Assembly: GCA_951406725.2 (NCBI GenBank)
Contig: OX597816.1
Span: 42,904,001-42,968,000 of the forward strand
Source of the DNA: Octopus vulgaris
Taxonomy: Eukaryota
Direction: 5' to 3'
Length of the DNA stretch: 64,000 bases
The notes under the pieces: generated by a model
What the model was told of the DNA's origin: nothing
Databases searched by the model: none
The model's input: the letters and a program-made list of their open reading frames with translations, nothing else
Position numbers and translations under genes: made by a program
Part shown: in pieces, positions 12,920 to 29,603 of the stretch
Layout of the letters: every line of letters starts with the position of its first letter
Position numbering within the stretch: the stretch's first letter is position 1

Positions 12920-13298
12920 ACTAGTAGTATCGCCCGGTGTTGCCCGGGTTTGTTTCGACCCTTTAGAATTGGAATTTTTGAAAAGTAAAAAATTTGCATT
13001 ACGTAACTTGTTATTCTCTTTAAGCGAACATTTTTCTGCTTGAAATACACGGACAAATGGCGATACAGCAGTCAAAAAATCGCAAAAAGTAGGGATTTTT
13101 TCATAGAAAAGAAGCACCATTTTGATGTAAAGAATTTTTGGTGTTAACATGGTTGGATTTGAAGGAAGAGCAAGCCTTCTTCTATCATACTCTCAATTTT
13201 GGTCAAATTGCGCCACAGGATCTGGGAGGAGATAGTGTTAGTTGAAGGCTACCAAACCTGCCATACACAGACAACTTCAGCTTTATATAGAGAGAGAT
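12920..13298 (+). mobile_element. Helentron/DINE-1-like non-autonomous element, second copy
   Basis: Colinear with 9664-10043; ends gctttatatagagagagat. Confidence 0.65.
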
Positions 13299-13511
13299 TA
13301 GAAAGACTTAAACTAACCACATCTGGCCTAAATATTCTGCTACTTTTAGGATCAAACTGGTCAGATCCAACTTTTCACACCTGCCTTGCAATATCATTCT
13401 AATAATAAACAAACACATCATCAAAATCTTGAAGCAACAAGAATTTTAAAAATACGATGTGAATAGATAAGCATTACAGTTAACAGCTTAATCTGAATAC
13501 AAAAGGGTTAA

Positions 13512-13898
13512 TGGATGGAAGCACTCCGTCGGTTACGACGACGAGGGTTCCGGTTGATCCGATCAACGGAACAGCCTGCTCGTGAAATTAACGTGTAAGT
13601 GGCTGAGCACTCCACAGACACGTGTACCCTTTACGTAGTTCTCGGGGATATTCAGCGTGACACAGAGAGTGACAAGACCGGCCCCTTGAAATACAGGTAC
13701 AACAGAAACAGGAAGTAAGAGTGAGAGAAAGTTGTGGTGAAAGAGTACAGCAGGGATCACCACCACCCCCTGCCGGAGCCTTGTGGAGCTTTAGGTGTTT
13801 TCGCTCAATAAACACTCAAAACTCCCGGTCCGGGAATCGAAACCGCGATCCTATGACCGCGAGTCCGCTGCCCTAACCACTGGGCCATTGCGCCTCCA
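13512..13898 (-). mobile_element. tRNA-derived SINE, full length, 25-bp TSD
   Basis: Minus-strand head tggaggcgcaaTGGCCCAGTGGttagg..GGTTTCGATTCCC (A/B boxes); TSD cttaatctgaatacaaaagggttaa at 13487-13511 and 13899-13923. Confidence 0.9.
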
Positions 13899-15504
13899 CT
13901 TAATCTGAATACAAAAGGGTTAAACACAGTGAATGAATAAAGTAATCACAAGAAAGACAGAAATGGAGATTCGCGGTATTCTATCTACCGAGGGAGGAGG
14001 ATATCGGATGGTACTATTCTTTAGTTTAGGTCTCGTCGTTTCAACCAACTTGATGGACAATTAAATTTTCTTAAAAATAAAAAAATAAAAATATGGAAGC
14101 GGATTAAACTTATTTTAAAGTAGTTCCTATCTGAACCCATGTTTCGGAAATTGGTGTTATAGAATTTATATTTTCCAGTATGTCACTGAAAAAGTGTGAT
14201 AAATGTGCCCAACATTAGCAGAGAAGAAGTGAACAAAAATCGATGTGTGGTTGTAGTCTTTCGTATGAACCTTCTAAATTATATATTTTAATCGTCACTA
14301 ACTAAACTTCCATTAATATTCTATAATACGAACATTTGACTGCTTACCTATTTTTCAGACATGTTTATGTATTTTTTATTTCATCTACAGATTTAAACAT
14401 TAGTAAATCCTTCATATACCGCACTACAATGATTTCTTATACACAAATCAATTTTTATTTTGCTTTTATGTTTAACGCTATGCAGAGGAAACCTATTTGG
14501 AAGATATAGTAAAGCATTATATTTTTCTTATTTTTCAACATCGAAAAATAAAAATAGTTGCTTATAATATCAGTATTATAATTTCTTTGAATTTATCCCA
14601 GAAAATATTAAACCAAGTTCATATATGTCTTCTCCCCTTTTATGTTATATGTCAATAACAGAATAAATAGCCTCTCGATTAGAATAGAGGATTATACATA
14701 TCTAACAGAGGACTGTCCATTCTGATGAGATTTTCATTATTGGATTGTGTTTACTGTCATGCACAAATATTTATTTAAATCATTATTGTCCGTGTCAGAA
14801 ATATACTTATAGACTTAGCACTCGTATCTGGCATATTACATAACAAATTGATAAAATCTCATTCTGGCTTTCAAATGTAGTCGACAAATCCATTCGATAT
14901 TAGATTGGACAGTAGGAACCTCCTGCTGAGATGATGACTGATGCCATCTGTTCATCAAAAGTCTATATCATAGGTAGGCAGCCGCTAGCAATAGAGTGAA
15001 TTAATAATATTTCAGATGAATCATTGAAGTTAAGGGTCGAATAACAACTTAAAGCTGAGATACGAAATTAAGAAAAGTGCACATAAACACCAGATGAGGG
15101 TGACGTAAGTGTTTAGTAGTAAGCATTAGAGCAAAGCCAAAATGGAGACGAAGTGCTAAAAGTAAGAGAATTAAGAGTATGTTGGCTGTCACCGGAGATT
15201 GTGAATATTATGAAAGTTATTAACGTCATAATAAACAATTGATATATTAGCTATTGAAACCAGCACTTTAGAGGATAACCTTGAGTAAATGAAAATGCCA
15301 AAATAAGGGATTTGAAAGAATGACTGCTTTATAATTCAATCACATGAGGATAGAATATAATGAAAATGATAGTGAATATGAGAACGAAAAATGGAAGTCG
15401 AATAAATGTGGAGGAGTAAAATGACAGAGCGTGGGGAGGTGAGAATGGCAGATGTGTTGAAAGGATATCTATAAAGTGTAGGCTTTTGGAAAATTAGTTT
15501 CTAA

Positions 15505-15546
<42 letters not shown>

Positions 15547-17583
15547 AGAGAGAGAGAGAGAGAGAGAGGGAGAAAGGACATGAAGGGAAAGGTATTTGAA
15601 AAATGAAAATAAATGAGAAGAAATAGAAAATGGAAATACATAGTTAATAACTCAAATGCAGTTTATTTGTGCATTTGTTAGTAAATCTGCAGGGAAGAGT
15701 TTGTACATACGATAGAGGAAAGGGAACGACTAAAGAGAGTGAGCGAAGTAGAAATGATTGAAATGAAGTAATAAAGTGTAAAGAAAAGAGGATTACACGC
15801 GCGTGGTAACATAAAACAATGAGATATAATCTGTGAAAAGAACGTTGGAGAGATGTTGCTTTAAATTTAGGAACTGAGTGATCTTTCAGAAAAACGGAGA
15901 TGTGAATCTGTGAATTTATGAAATGAAAGGAAGAAGACAAAAATACGTCAAAGCGATATAATTTTCAAAAGCGTTTGCTTCAGAAGGGAGATATATTCAA
16001 GCCTTGAGCAACTAATGCCACTTTACATGATTTAAATAGACTCCATTATAGAACAATGAGTTGAGAAACAAAATAACGAGGTTACAGAGCAATACAGAAG
16101 CATTGAGATAGAGAGACGTATATAGACTGGTAAAAGTTGAATAGAAAGATTGAAATGCAATGTATTATAGGGTTAATGAGATGGGAATTAAAAAAAAGGA
16201 GAATTTGTCAGTGTATGGGGAAATAAAGTAAGAACAAGCGACAGAGAGAAATTAGATAAAAAAAGGAAAGAACGAAAGGAAAACAGTACGAGAGTGAATA
16301 GCATGGAAGGGTTAAGACATGAGCGATAGGTTTTATAAGAAGAGAAAGAAATAAACAAATAAATATATAAAGTGAAAGTAAAATGGAGAGGATATATGAC
16401 TAAAAGATTGACGAATGAGAAATGGGAGCAAACGAGAGGAAGCTATAGATGTAGATAAATGGAAGAAAGAGAAGGAAAGCAACATCTAGAAAGAGAATAA
16501 GAGTATATATGAGAGAAGTGCAGAAAATAGGAAGGAATAAAAATGAATGAAAAAGAGGAAGATTCGGATATAGATAAAAAGGAGGGGTTGCGGAGATGTA
16601 AGAAAAGTTGAATGATCGAATGATGTAGCAGTTGTTAATGACTTTACTGATAACTACTATTCAGGAAACCTAATATTATCGATCTTCACTCCACATTTGA
16701 CCCTTTTCTCACAATTCATATATAACACATTTATCGTACTTTAATACTTTTGCAAACGTAACTGACAGGATGACCTTCCTAATAATAATAGATTGGCTTC
16801 TAGAGCTAAAGGATAACAGCGACAGAATCAGAAAGGCTTGCAGATATTTCAATCAGAATTGAATTTGCTGTTGATGTTCTTATCATTGTTGTTGATGATG
16901 TTCCTGTTCATGATAGTAGTATTGTTGTTGCTATTGTGGCTTAGCTGTTTCTTAGCCCCGTAGATTTAGTTGGAGATGACCTGAGTCAACTTGAAGTCAA
17001 TCAAATGATTCTGGCTGTGATCTATAAATTCAACTCATCGGAATTGTTTATCTGTTTATATTTAGGAGAAGGATCTCTTATCACAACCCTTCTCGTAGCC
17101 ATTGTGGTATTAAGCAGCAGGTCAGGTGATGGTGGCGTTGATTAAAGCAACAAACTTGGCATGCGAACTGGTCATACCAGCCTGTTGCCAATTATTCATG
17201 TTGCTTGAACAACCCACATAAAATTATTAATGCAGAGTTCACTCTTTTAATTGAATGCTTTGTGTTTTATACACAATTCTTTATTATCCACAGATATTCC
17301 ATAGTTTTCAAAAGCTATAATTTTTCTTACTAGACATAAATATATTTGGCCTAGGACTGAGCATTCAAAACATTATAGAATCACGCAATACTTCTAAGCT
17401 GTTTCATGTATCTTATTTCTTACTTCACAATTACAATAGTAACGATAAACTCCTGAAATTTAATTTTAACTTATGAGCGTGTGTCTGTTTCTCACTTTGA
17501 TGCAAGAAGGGACAAAACAACCATCAGGTGATCAAAATTAAAGTAAATACGTAAATACATTTGCGTGTGTGTGGTGTGTGTCT

Positions 17584-17626
<43 letters not shown>

Positions 17627-17699
17627 TCACACACGCAACACACACACGCATATATATATGTGTGTGTGTGTGTGTGTATTCATTTATTCATTTATTCAT

Positions 17700-18084
17700 T
17701 TATTGTTTCAGTCATTTGACTGTGGCCATGCTGGAGCACCGCCTTTAGTCGAGGAAATCGACCCCAGGACTTATTCTTTGTAAACCTAGTACTTATTCTA
17801 TCAGTCTCTTTTGCCGAACCGCTAAGTTACGGGGGCGTAAACACTCCAGCATCGGTTGTCAAGCGATGTTGGGAGAGGGGGGAAAACACAACACACAAAC
17901 ATACACATATATATACATATATACGACGGGATTCTTTCAGTTTCCGTCTACCAAATCCCTTCACAAGGCTTTGATCGGCCCGAGGCTATAGCAGATGATA
18001 CTTGCCCACGGTGCCACGCAGTGGGACTGAACCCGGAACCATGTGGTTCGTAAGCAAGTTACTTACCACACAGCCACTCCTACG

Positions 18085-18088
<4 letters not shown>
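17700..18088 (-). mobile_element. tRNA-derived CORE-like SINE (OR2-like), full length
   Basis: Head taggcgtaggagTGGCTGTGTGG..GGGTTCAGTCCC; matches 43471-43900. Confidence 0.85.
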
Positions 18089-18162
<74 letters not shown>

Positions 18163-19026
18163 TTAGCCCCTTGTGGGTAGTAAAGAAATATATATATAAA
18201 TTGTATTTACAGTGACATCGATGATTCTACCACTAAACAGTCATCGGATGGTTGCAAAGCTGGCAGAAAATTCTAAGTCATTATGAATGTTATTATGTTA
18301 TTCTTGTCAAAGTAAAATAAATTTGTGCTCTAAAAAAGGTATCGAGTAATTGTTCACTTTAGGGTATAATTGATTTTATTGTAACTTAACATAAAACCAA
18401 ACATTAAACGGTGTACTCTATCTGCTATATAATGATGTTCCAATCTTCTTGCGCCGCTCCAAAATGGTTGATGTCAGAAATAAGACAGAAACCGTCTGGC
18501 TTATAAGACCGGATATTGTACACCACTGACTTTCATTAAAGCCTGTAATTCCGATCGAACGGAAGAAGCATAGAAACAAGTAGAATGACTGAGGTGTATT
18601 AGAGTTAAGAAATTAAATTAAGAGAATCTTTCTTTCAAGTCAGAGCCCTCACCATAATGAAGAAAGCGAGAACTACGATGGTATAAAATGGTTTTCGATT
18701 TCTAGGAGAAAGGCAACCAATAGGTAAGTGCTATAATTGGTCTTCCGTTAGGTTCCAATCTCATAGCTGACGGTGGAGCTCGGGATCTACAGGAGGCGTC
18801 CAAGTCAGCAGGTATATTTTAAAAGTAAAGGAAAACAAAATCAAGGAAGGACGAGTCTCTCATGTTATTTCGAATATTTAATTAAAGTAAGGTGAATCAA
18901 AAAAGGAAGCAGGATTAATTACATCAGCTTCTTTTTGACTCGCATTCTAATTAAACATTCTAAATCACCTGAGGTACTCGTCCTGCCTTGGTTTTGTTTT
19001 CCTTTTCCTCTTACACACACACACAT

Positions 19027-19089
<63 letters not shown>

Positions 19090-19222
19090 TATATGTATAT
19101 ACGATGGGCCTCTTTCAGTTTCCGTCTACCAAATCAACTCACAAGGCTTTGGTCAGCCCATTAACACACACACATACACACACATACACACACACACACA
19201 TATGTATATGTATATATATATA

Positions 19223-19387
19223 TTGATAAAATGGTAAGACAACAAAAGAATGAAAGAGACCTCGATATTATGTAAATAGAGGAATTTATCTGTAAACGTA
19301 ATATGTGACAATTATTCGGTAGCCGTGATAAAACTCCGAGTTTCGGATACCGAGGTGGAAATCCATGACGCCATCTCTTCAGTTATA
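19223..19387 (-). mobile_element. Solo pLTR of the Naiad-type PLE with canonical-core HHR
   Basis: Reverse complement aligns to 26878-27039; ATAA-CTGAAGA-GATG..TATC-C-GAA-ACTC g GAGT-T-TTATC; (TA)n on both sides. Confidence 0.85.
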
Positions 19388-20394
19388 TATATATATATAT
19401 ATAAAGACGTTTTGCTTAGGCAAAGCGATACGATACACACCTGGTGTTACAACTCAGTACACGTATGCTTCAGAAAAAAACGTTAGTTAAGTACTGAGCT
19501 TAAAATTGATTATTTAAATGACAAGACATTAAGGAATGAACTCATATCTGAGTGTTTGCGTATAACCTTATAGCTTACTCGGAGCTACAGATATGACAAA
19601 ACTATAAGGTTATGCAGAAGCACTCAAATGTGAGTGCATTACATCTAATAGCAGAAATGGTTAAGCTAATGAAGTTCATTATATAATTTCTTGTTCGTTT
19701 GTCGTTTATATAATGTCCTATTACACTATACATATATGCATACATAAATGCATACATACAGACATATGTGTATATTGATATACATATACATGTATTCATA
19801 GGCACAAACACACATATATGCATATATGCATACATATATATATATATATATATATATACACGCGTACATACGTGTTTGTGTGTGTGCGTGAGATAGATCT
19901 AATGATAGTATATGTCAGTAATTTTGATATGAGAACTAATTGTATTAACTATAAAGTCTTTCAACACAGAATATTGACAAGATGTGAGACATTATGCACA
20001 TAAGTTTATCTAGCTTTCACGGACTCTCATGAAGTATTAAAGTTCCACTAATGATACGTCAAATAAAATAAATCTAACTGGTTAGTTCTCATCTCATTTG
20101 CTGTATGCACCAAATGTGCAATTGAAATAAATTAAAGCCGAATGCAGACTGTTAGTAACACTAAACTTTGCTCTTCTCTATCATTGTATGTGTGATTTAG
20201 ATGAGCAAAGAAGTATCTTTATTAGAAATAGCTGTGGGCTAAAGATGTTCGCTTCAGTAAAATATAACATCGAGTTCATTTACCCTGTGTGACATTTCGG
20301 GCAAGTGTCTTTTGCTATAGCCTGGAGCGGACGAATTTATGACTTTTGGTAGATAGATATACAGACAGACCTACAGACAGAAAGACAGACAAAC

Positions 20395-20460
<66 letters not shown>

Positions 20461-20476
20461 ATAGATATATAGATAT

Positions 20477-20546
<70 letters not shown>

Positions 20547-20627
20547 CGATAGATAGATAAATAGATATATATGTAGGTAGTAGATGCATATATAGACAGA
20601 CAGAAAGACATACAGAGAGAGAGATAA

Positions 20628-23683
<3,056 letters not shown>

Positions 23684-24709
23684 TTAGATAGATAGATAGA
23701 TAGATAGATAGATATGAGTGTAAATGTGTGTGCGTGAATGTTTATATGTCCTTGTGTATGTATGCATGTATGTACGTATGTATGTATGTCTCAATGTTTG
23801 AACTCTACCAGCTGATAGACGGTATTTGTTTATTTTCGCCTTGTTCCTTAACGGTTCCACTAAAGAAACTAGGAGAAAAAATAACAGGATTACCATTAAG
23901 CACAGGAGTTAGCGGATCCTTTCAAGGCGGTTCTGTAACATGACTCTAGTCTAATGTCTTAAAGAAATAAACACAATTAGCCAAAACTTATCTAAACGTA
24001 GGTAAAATTACATGAATACCAACAAGATTCTATGTCGTAAAAATTCAAAATATCTGCCTGTGAGGCTGCAAACTCCAATTCCGTATAGACCTTTCAGTTT
24101 CTACATCAAAATATACAATAAAATCTGCTTCAAATACTTTATATTCTGGCTTACATCGGAAGGCATATCCGATGTAAATAGTCACAGTTTTAAATTGTAA
24201 AAACCTAACCAGTTTGGTTAATCTCGACTTGTTCCTTAAAACCAAGGTCATCTCTGATCGATCAAATCTAATACGAAATGTATTCCAATAGTAAAATATT
24301 TGGTGACTGCTAGAATAATAACTTCGCCGCTAGGGTGAATAGTTAATCTCAGATCACATCCAGTAAATCGATTCTTGTTCTTAAATATAATTTTCATACT
24401 CATTTAAATGTGGATATTCTATTAGAGCAAATTTTAGCGCGCTGGAAATCATGTGAGAAACTCTTATAGAGGCCCTTGATGGAAAATTACATCGGTAGCC
24501 GAGAGATAAATCCCCACCATCTCCAGTACCGAGATAAGAGATCATGTGATTTAGACCTCGCTTGGTCTCACCAACGAGGGACGCTCAACCGCTAGAATAC
24601 AAGCGACTCAACTCCCCGCTAGCGATATATAGAAAACCAGTTGCTGAACGGACACTGGTGTCGCAACAAAGCAGTGAGATTATTAATAGATATATACATA
24701 CATATATAC

Positions 24710-24779
<70 letters not shown>

Positions 24780-24840
24780 ATAAAACGGTAAGATAACAAA
24801 AGAAAGAAAGAGACCTCAATATTATGTAAATAGAGGAAAT

Positions 24841-26681
24841 TGAAGAAAGATATTGATCATATAAAAAGCTCCAAGAAAAAAAGCACTTTTTTCGGATAAA
24901 ACCAAGAACTTATACCTGGTAGATAACAGCAAATACACACAACTCTTACACAACAGCATCATTAATAATTATACTAAAGCTAGGGCACAGACATATAACG
25001 AAATTAATAAAGAAGCTAGCGTCATCGCCGCTAAACTTAAATTAGATAAAAAAATAGAAACCCTCCCCCAAAAAGAGGCCTTTATTACTATTAAAGACCA
25101 CAAAGAAAACTTCCTTTCCAATCCTAAATGTAGGCTTATCAACCCAGCCAAGTCAGAACTAGGGATTATTAGCAAAGAAATTTTAGATAAAATAAATACG
25201 AAAATTAAGAGCGATACTAGGCTAGTGCAATGGTCCAATAGTATAGAAGTCGTAGACTGGTTTAAAGCTATTAAGAATAAGAAAAAAGCGAGGTTTACAC
25301 AATTCGATATTGTTGATTTTTATGCCTCTATCTCTAAAGAACTGCTAGATAAAGCCCTAATCTTCGCTAGTGACTTCATAGAAATTAGTACCAATGATAA
25401 GGATATAATCTTCCATGCTAGAAAGACATTACTTTTCAGTGAGAATGCAAAGTGGGTAAAAAACACCGACACGGAGGGCGCTTTCGATGTGAGCATGGGT
25501 TCATATGATGGGGCAGGCATCTGTGATCTAATTGGACTCTTTCTCCTAGATACCTTCAGTAAGACATTCCCTAACGTACATTTCGCCATCTACAAAGATG
25601 ATGCCCTCGCCTTAACAGCTAATACAAATGGACCAGCACAAGATCGTTTTAGGAAGGATATTATCCAGTTAATGAAACACTTCGGACTTAGTATAACTAT
25701 AGACACTAACCTGACGGTTGTCAATTTCTTAGACGTTTCCTTAGATCTTAATAATAATATTTATAAGCCTTATAGGAAGCCCAATGATAGACTAAGTTAT
25801 ATTAATGTAGGTTCATGCCATCCCCCTATAGTATTCAAAAATTTAGTTAAAAATATTAGTAATAGGATTTCTAGCCTCTCATCTAATGAGGACATCTTCA
25901 ATAGCGTTGCCCCAGTTTATAATAAAGCTTTAAAAGATAGTGGTTTTAGCGAAAAAATAAAATATACACCTATCACCAGCCCAACAATAAGGAAAAGGAA
26001 TAATAGAAATAGGAAGGTCATCTGGTTTACGCCCCTTACTCACCCGAGGTGGCCTTCAATATAGGTAAATATTTCCTAGCACTGATAGATAGACATTTTC
26101 CAGTTAACCATGCTTATAGGAAACTCTTCAATAGACACAATTTAAAAATTAGTTTTAGTTCAACTACCAATTTTAAAAACATAATCAATCATAACATACA
26201 AAAAACACAAGAAGAAAACAGCTGTTCATGCAGGAATAAAGAATTGTGCCCGCTAAATGGAGCTTGCATGTCCAAGACCATCATATATGAGGCTACCGTA
26301 AACTCTATAACCACTAAAGACACCGTTTTGACGAAGAAATACGTGGGCCTGACAGAGGGTAATTTCAAGACCAGGTTCAATAACCACACTTTGAGCTTTA
26401 GGCACTGGAACAAAAGAAAAGCGACACAATTATCCAATCATATTTGGTCTTTAAGAGATAAAGGTGTCGATTATAACATACAATGGAAGATTTTGGCCAG
26501 ATGTAAGCCCTATACTAACGGCAGCGGAAGGTGCGGTTTATGCGACATGGAGAGATGGCTTATCTGGAAAAGCAGCTTAGACCCTACCACATGTCTAAAT
26601 ACAAGGACAGAACTTTTCGGATCATGCCCACATGTGACTAAATTTCTGTTACGTTTTTGGTCCCCTAAAGAAAACGGATAG
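24841..26681 (+). pseudogene. PLE RT-GIY-YIG ORF, 5'-truncated copy 1
   Basis: Same sequence as copy 2 except an extra A at ~24876-24882, a missing C at ~26032-26035, and the in-frame C5 run at ~25065-25069. Confidence 0.88.
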
Positions 26682-26877
26682 AACATGCTTTCTGTGTTAT
26701 GTCCCAAGAAGATTTTATATATTTTTATATATTTTTATATATTTTTTATGTATTTTTATATAATTTTTATGACGAAAAATGCGAGCGATGTATAAGTACG
26801 CAGGCAAAGCAGAGTTATAACAGAGTAATTTCCCTTCATTTTTAACGGTATTTTTTCATAACGTTTTCAAATAGCCA

Positions 26878-26938
26878 GATAACCGAAGAGATGGTGTTGT
26901 GGATTTCCACTTCGGCATCTGAAACTCAGAGTTTTATC
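26878..26938 (+). ncRNA. Type-I hammerhead ribozyme motif (Naiad pLTR), copy 1
   Basis: GATAA-CCGAAGA-GATG..CATC-T-GAA-ACTC a GAGT-T-TTATC: stem I GATAA/TTATC, stem II GATG/CATC, near-palindromic stem III. Confidence 0.78.
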
Positions 26939-27144
26939 TTGACTACCGAGTAATGTAACATATTGTATAGATAAATTTCCTCTATTTACATAATATTGAG
27001 GTCTCTTTCTTTCTTTTGTTATCTTACCGTTTTATCAATAAATCACCTCCCGGACGACGTTATTCTCAACTAAGAGCTAATACGACCTTTTTGGGATTAT
27101 CGCCTAACATCGGTTGAGGACTCTCACAAACAAAAGAATCTAAT

Positions 27145-29270
27145 ATGGACGCATATCACATAGATTATTCTATGAAAAATATACCGATCCCATCAAAGGA
27201 TTTTTACTCTAAGAAACTTCTGCAAAAAATTACTGATGTAATTAAGCGTATGAGATGGAAGGCTTTCTTTTTTGACACAGAAGCGAACACCAAGGAAAAC
27301 ATTTGCTATCGGATAAAATCCAAAAAATTCCCTCCTAGGATTAAAGGCTTGGAAGATTTCGAAGCGGACCTGCTGAAGATCATGAGCAAAATAAAGTTTC
27401 GTAAGTCTTTTAACAATTTCCAACATAAATTGAAGAAAGATATTGATCATATAAAAAGCTCCAAGAAAAAAGCACTTTTTTCGGATAAAACCAAGAACTT
27501 ATACCTGGTAGATAACAGCAAATACACACAACTCTTACACAACAGCATCATTAATAATTATACTAAAGCTAGGGCACAGACATATAACGAAATTAATAAA
27601 GAAGCTAGCGTCATCGCCGCTAAACTTAAATTAGATAAAAAAATAGAAACCCTCCCCAAAAAGAGGCCTTTATTACTATTAAAGACCACAAAGAAAACTT
27701 CCTTTCCAATCCTAAATGTAGGCTTATCAACCCAGCCAAGTCAGAACTAGGGATTATTAGCAAAGAAATTTTAGATAAAATAAATACGAAAATTAAGAGC
27801 GATACTAGGCTAGTGCAATGGTCCAATAGTATAGAAGTCGTAGACTGGTTTAAAGCTATTAAGAATAAGAAAAAAGCGAGGTTTACACAATTCGATATTG
27901 TTGATTTTTATGCCTCTATCTCTAAAGAACTGCTAGATAAAGCCCTAATCTTCGCTAGTGACTTCATAGAAATTAGTACCAATGATAAGGATATAATCTT
28001 CCATGCTAGAAAGACATTACTTTTCAGTGAGAATGCAAAGTGGGTAAAAAACACCGACACGGAGGGCGCTTTCGATGTGAGCATGGGTTCATATGATGGG
28101 GCAGGCATCTGTGATCTAATTGGACTCTTTCTCCTAGATACCTTCAGTAAGACATTCCCTAACGTACATTTCGCCATCTACAAAGATGATGCCCTCGCCT
28201 TAACAGCTAATACAAATGGACCAGCACAAGATCGTTTTAGGAAGGATATTATCCAGTTAATGAAACACTTCGGACTTAGTATAACTATAGACACTAACCT
28301 GACGGTTGTCAATTTCTTAGACGTTTCCTTAGATCTTAATAATAATATTTATAAGCCTTATAGGAAGCCCAATGATAGACTAAGTTATATTAATGTAGGT
28401 TCATGCCATCCCCCTATAGTATTCAAAAATTTAGTTAAAAATATTAGTAATAGGATTTCTAGCCTCTCATCTAATGAGGACATCTTCAATAGCGTTGCCC
28501 CAGTTTATAATAAAGCTTTAAAAGATAGTGGTTTTAGCGAAAAAATAAAATATACACCTATCACCAGCCCAACAATAAGGAAAAGGAATAATAGAAATAG
28601 GAAGGTCATCTGGTTTACGCCCCCTTACTCACCCGAGGTGGCCTTCAATATAGGTAAATATTTCCTAGCACTGATAGATAGACATTTTCCAGTTAACCAT
28701 GCTTATAGGAAACTCTTCAATAGACACAATTTAAAAATTAGTTTTAGTTCAACTACCAATTTTAAAAACATAATCAATCATAACATACAAAAAACACAAG
28801 AAGAAAACAGCTGTTCATGCAGGAATAAAGAATTGTGCCCGCTAAATGGAGCTTGCATGTCCAAGACCATCATATATGAGGCTACCGTAAACTCTATAAC
28901 CACTAAAGACACCGTTTTGACGAAGAAATACGTGGGCCTGACAGAGGGTAATTTCAAGACCAGGTTCAATAACCACACTTTGAGCTTTAGGCACTGGAAC
29001 AAAAGAAAAGCGACACAATTATCCAATCATATTTGGTCTTTAAGAGATAAAGGTGTCGATTATAACATACAATGGAAGATTTTGGCCAGATGTAAGCCCT
29101 ATACTAACGGCAGCGGAAGGTGCGGTTTATGCGACATGGAGAGATGGCTTATCTGGAAAAGCAGCTTAGACCCTACCACATGTCTAAATACAAGGACAGA
29201 ACTTTTCGGATCATGCCCACATGTGACTAAATTTCTGTTACGTTTTTGGTCCCCTAAAGAAAACGGATAG
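27145..29270 (+). CDS. Naiad-type PLE RT + C-terminal GIY-YIG endonuclease, full-length copy 2 (one -1 homopolymer frameshift at ~27655)
   Basis: YSMKNIPIPS..IKRMRWKA N-terminus, DK motif, FDIVDFY.SI, MGSYDGA, YKDD, FLDV, CSCR..CPLNGAC linker, IIYEA..YVGLT..FKTRFNNH, CGLC..E, CPH; restoring one C gives 2127 nt / 708 aa. Confidence 0.88.
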
Positions 29271-29466
29271 AACATGCTTTCTGTGTTATGTCCCAAGAAG
29301 ATTTTATATATTTTTATATATTTTTATATATTTTTTATGTATTTTTATATAATTTTTATGACGAAAAATGCGAGCGATGTATAAGTACGCAGGCAAAGCA
29401 GAGTTATAACAGAGTAATTTCCCTTCATTTTTAACGGTATTTTTTCATAACGTTTTCAAATAGCCA

Positions 29467-29527
29467 GATAACCGAAGAGATGGTGTTGTGGATTTCCACT
29501 TCGGCATCTGAAACTCAGAGTTTTATC
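29467..29527 (+). ncRNA. Type-I hammerhead ribozyme motif (Naiad pLTR), copy 2
   Basis: Same sequence as 26878-26938. Confidence 0.78.
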
Positions 29528-29603
29528 TTGACTACCGAGATATATATATATATATATATATATACGAAAGAAGGTTTGAAAATGCAATTTAAAAGATGTT
29601 TAT

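Larger units (their letters stand above)
24777..29539 (+). mobile_element. Naiad-type Penelope-like element, head-to-tail 1.8-mer with short inverted pLTR piece at left end
   Basis: ~2590 bp direct repeat unit (24841 matches 27431; 26942 matches 29531); 24777-24840 is the reverse complement of ~26975-27039; (TA)n at both ends. Confidence 0.92.

Noticed and set aside
15200-16620. Purine-rich block as a gene or LINE ORF
   Set aside because: No sustained reading frame; at most a heavily decayed CR1/L2-like remnant that I cannot support
26760-26800. ATGA..AAAA..GA in the Naiad 3' UTR as a SECIS element (some Naiads encode selenoproteins)
   Set aside because: The reconstructed ORF has no in-frame TGA and I could not form the SECIS stem
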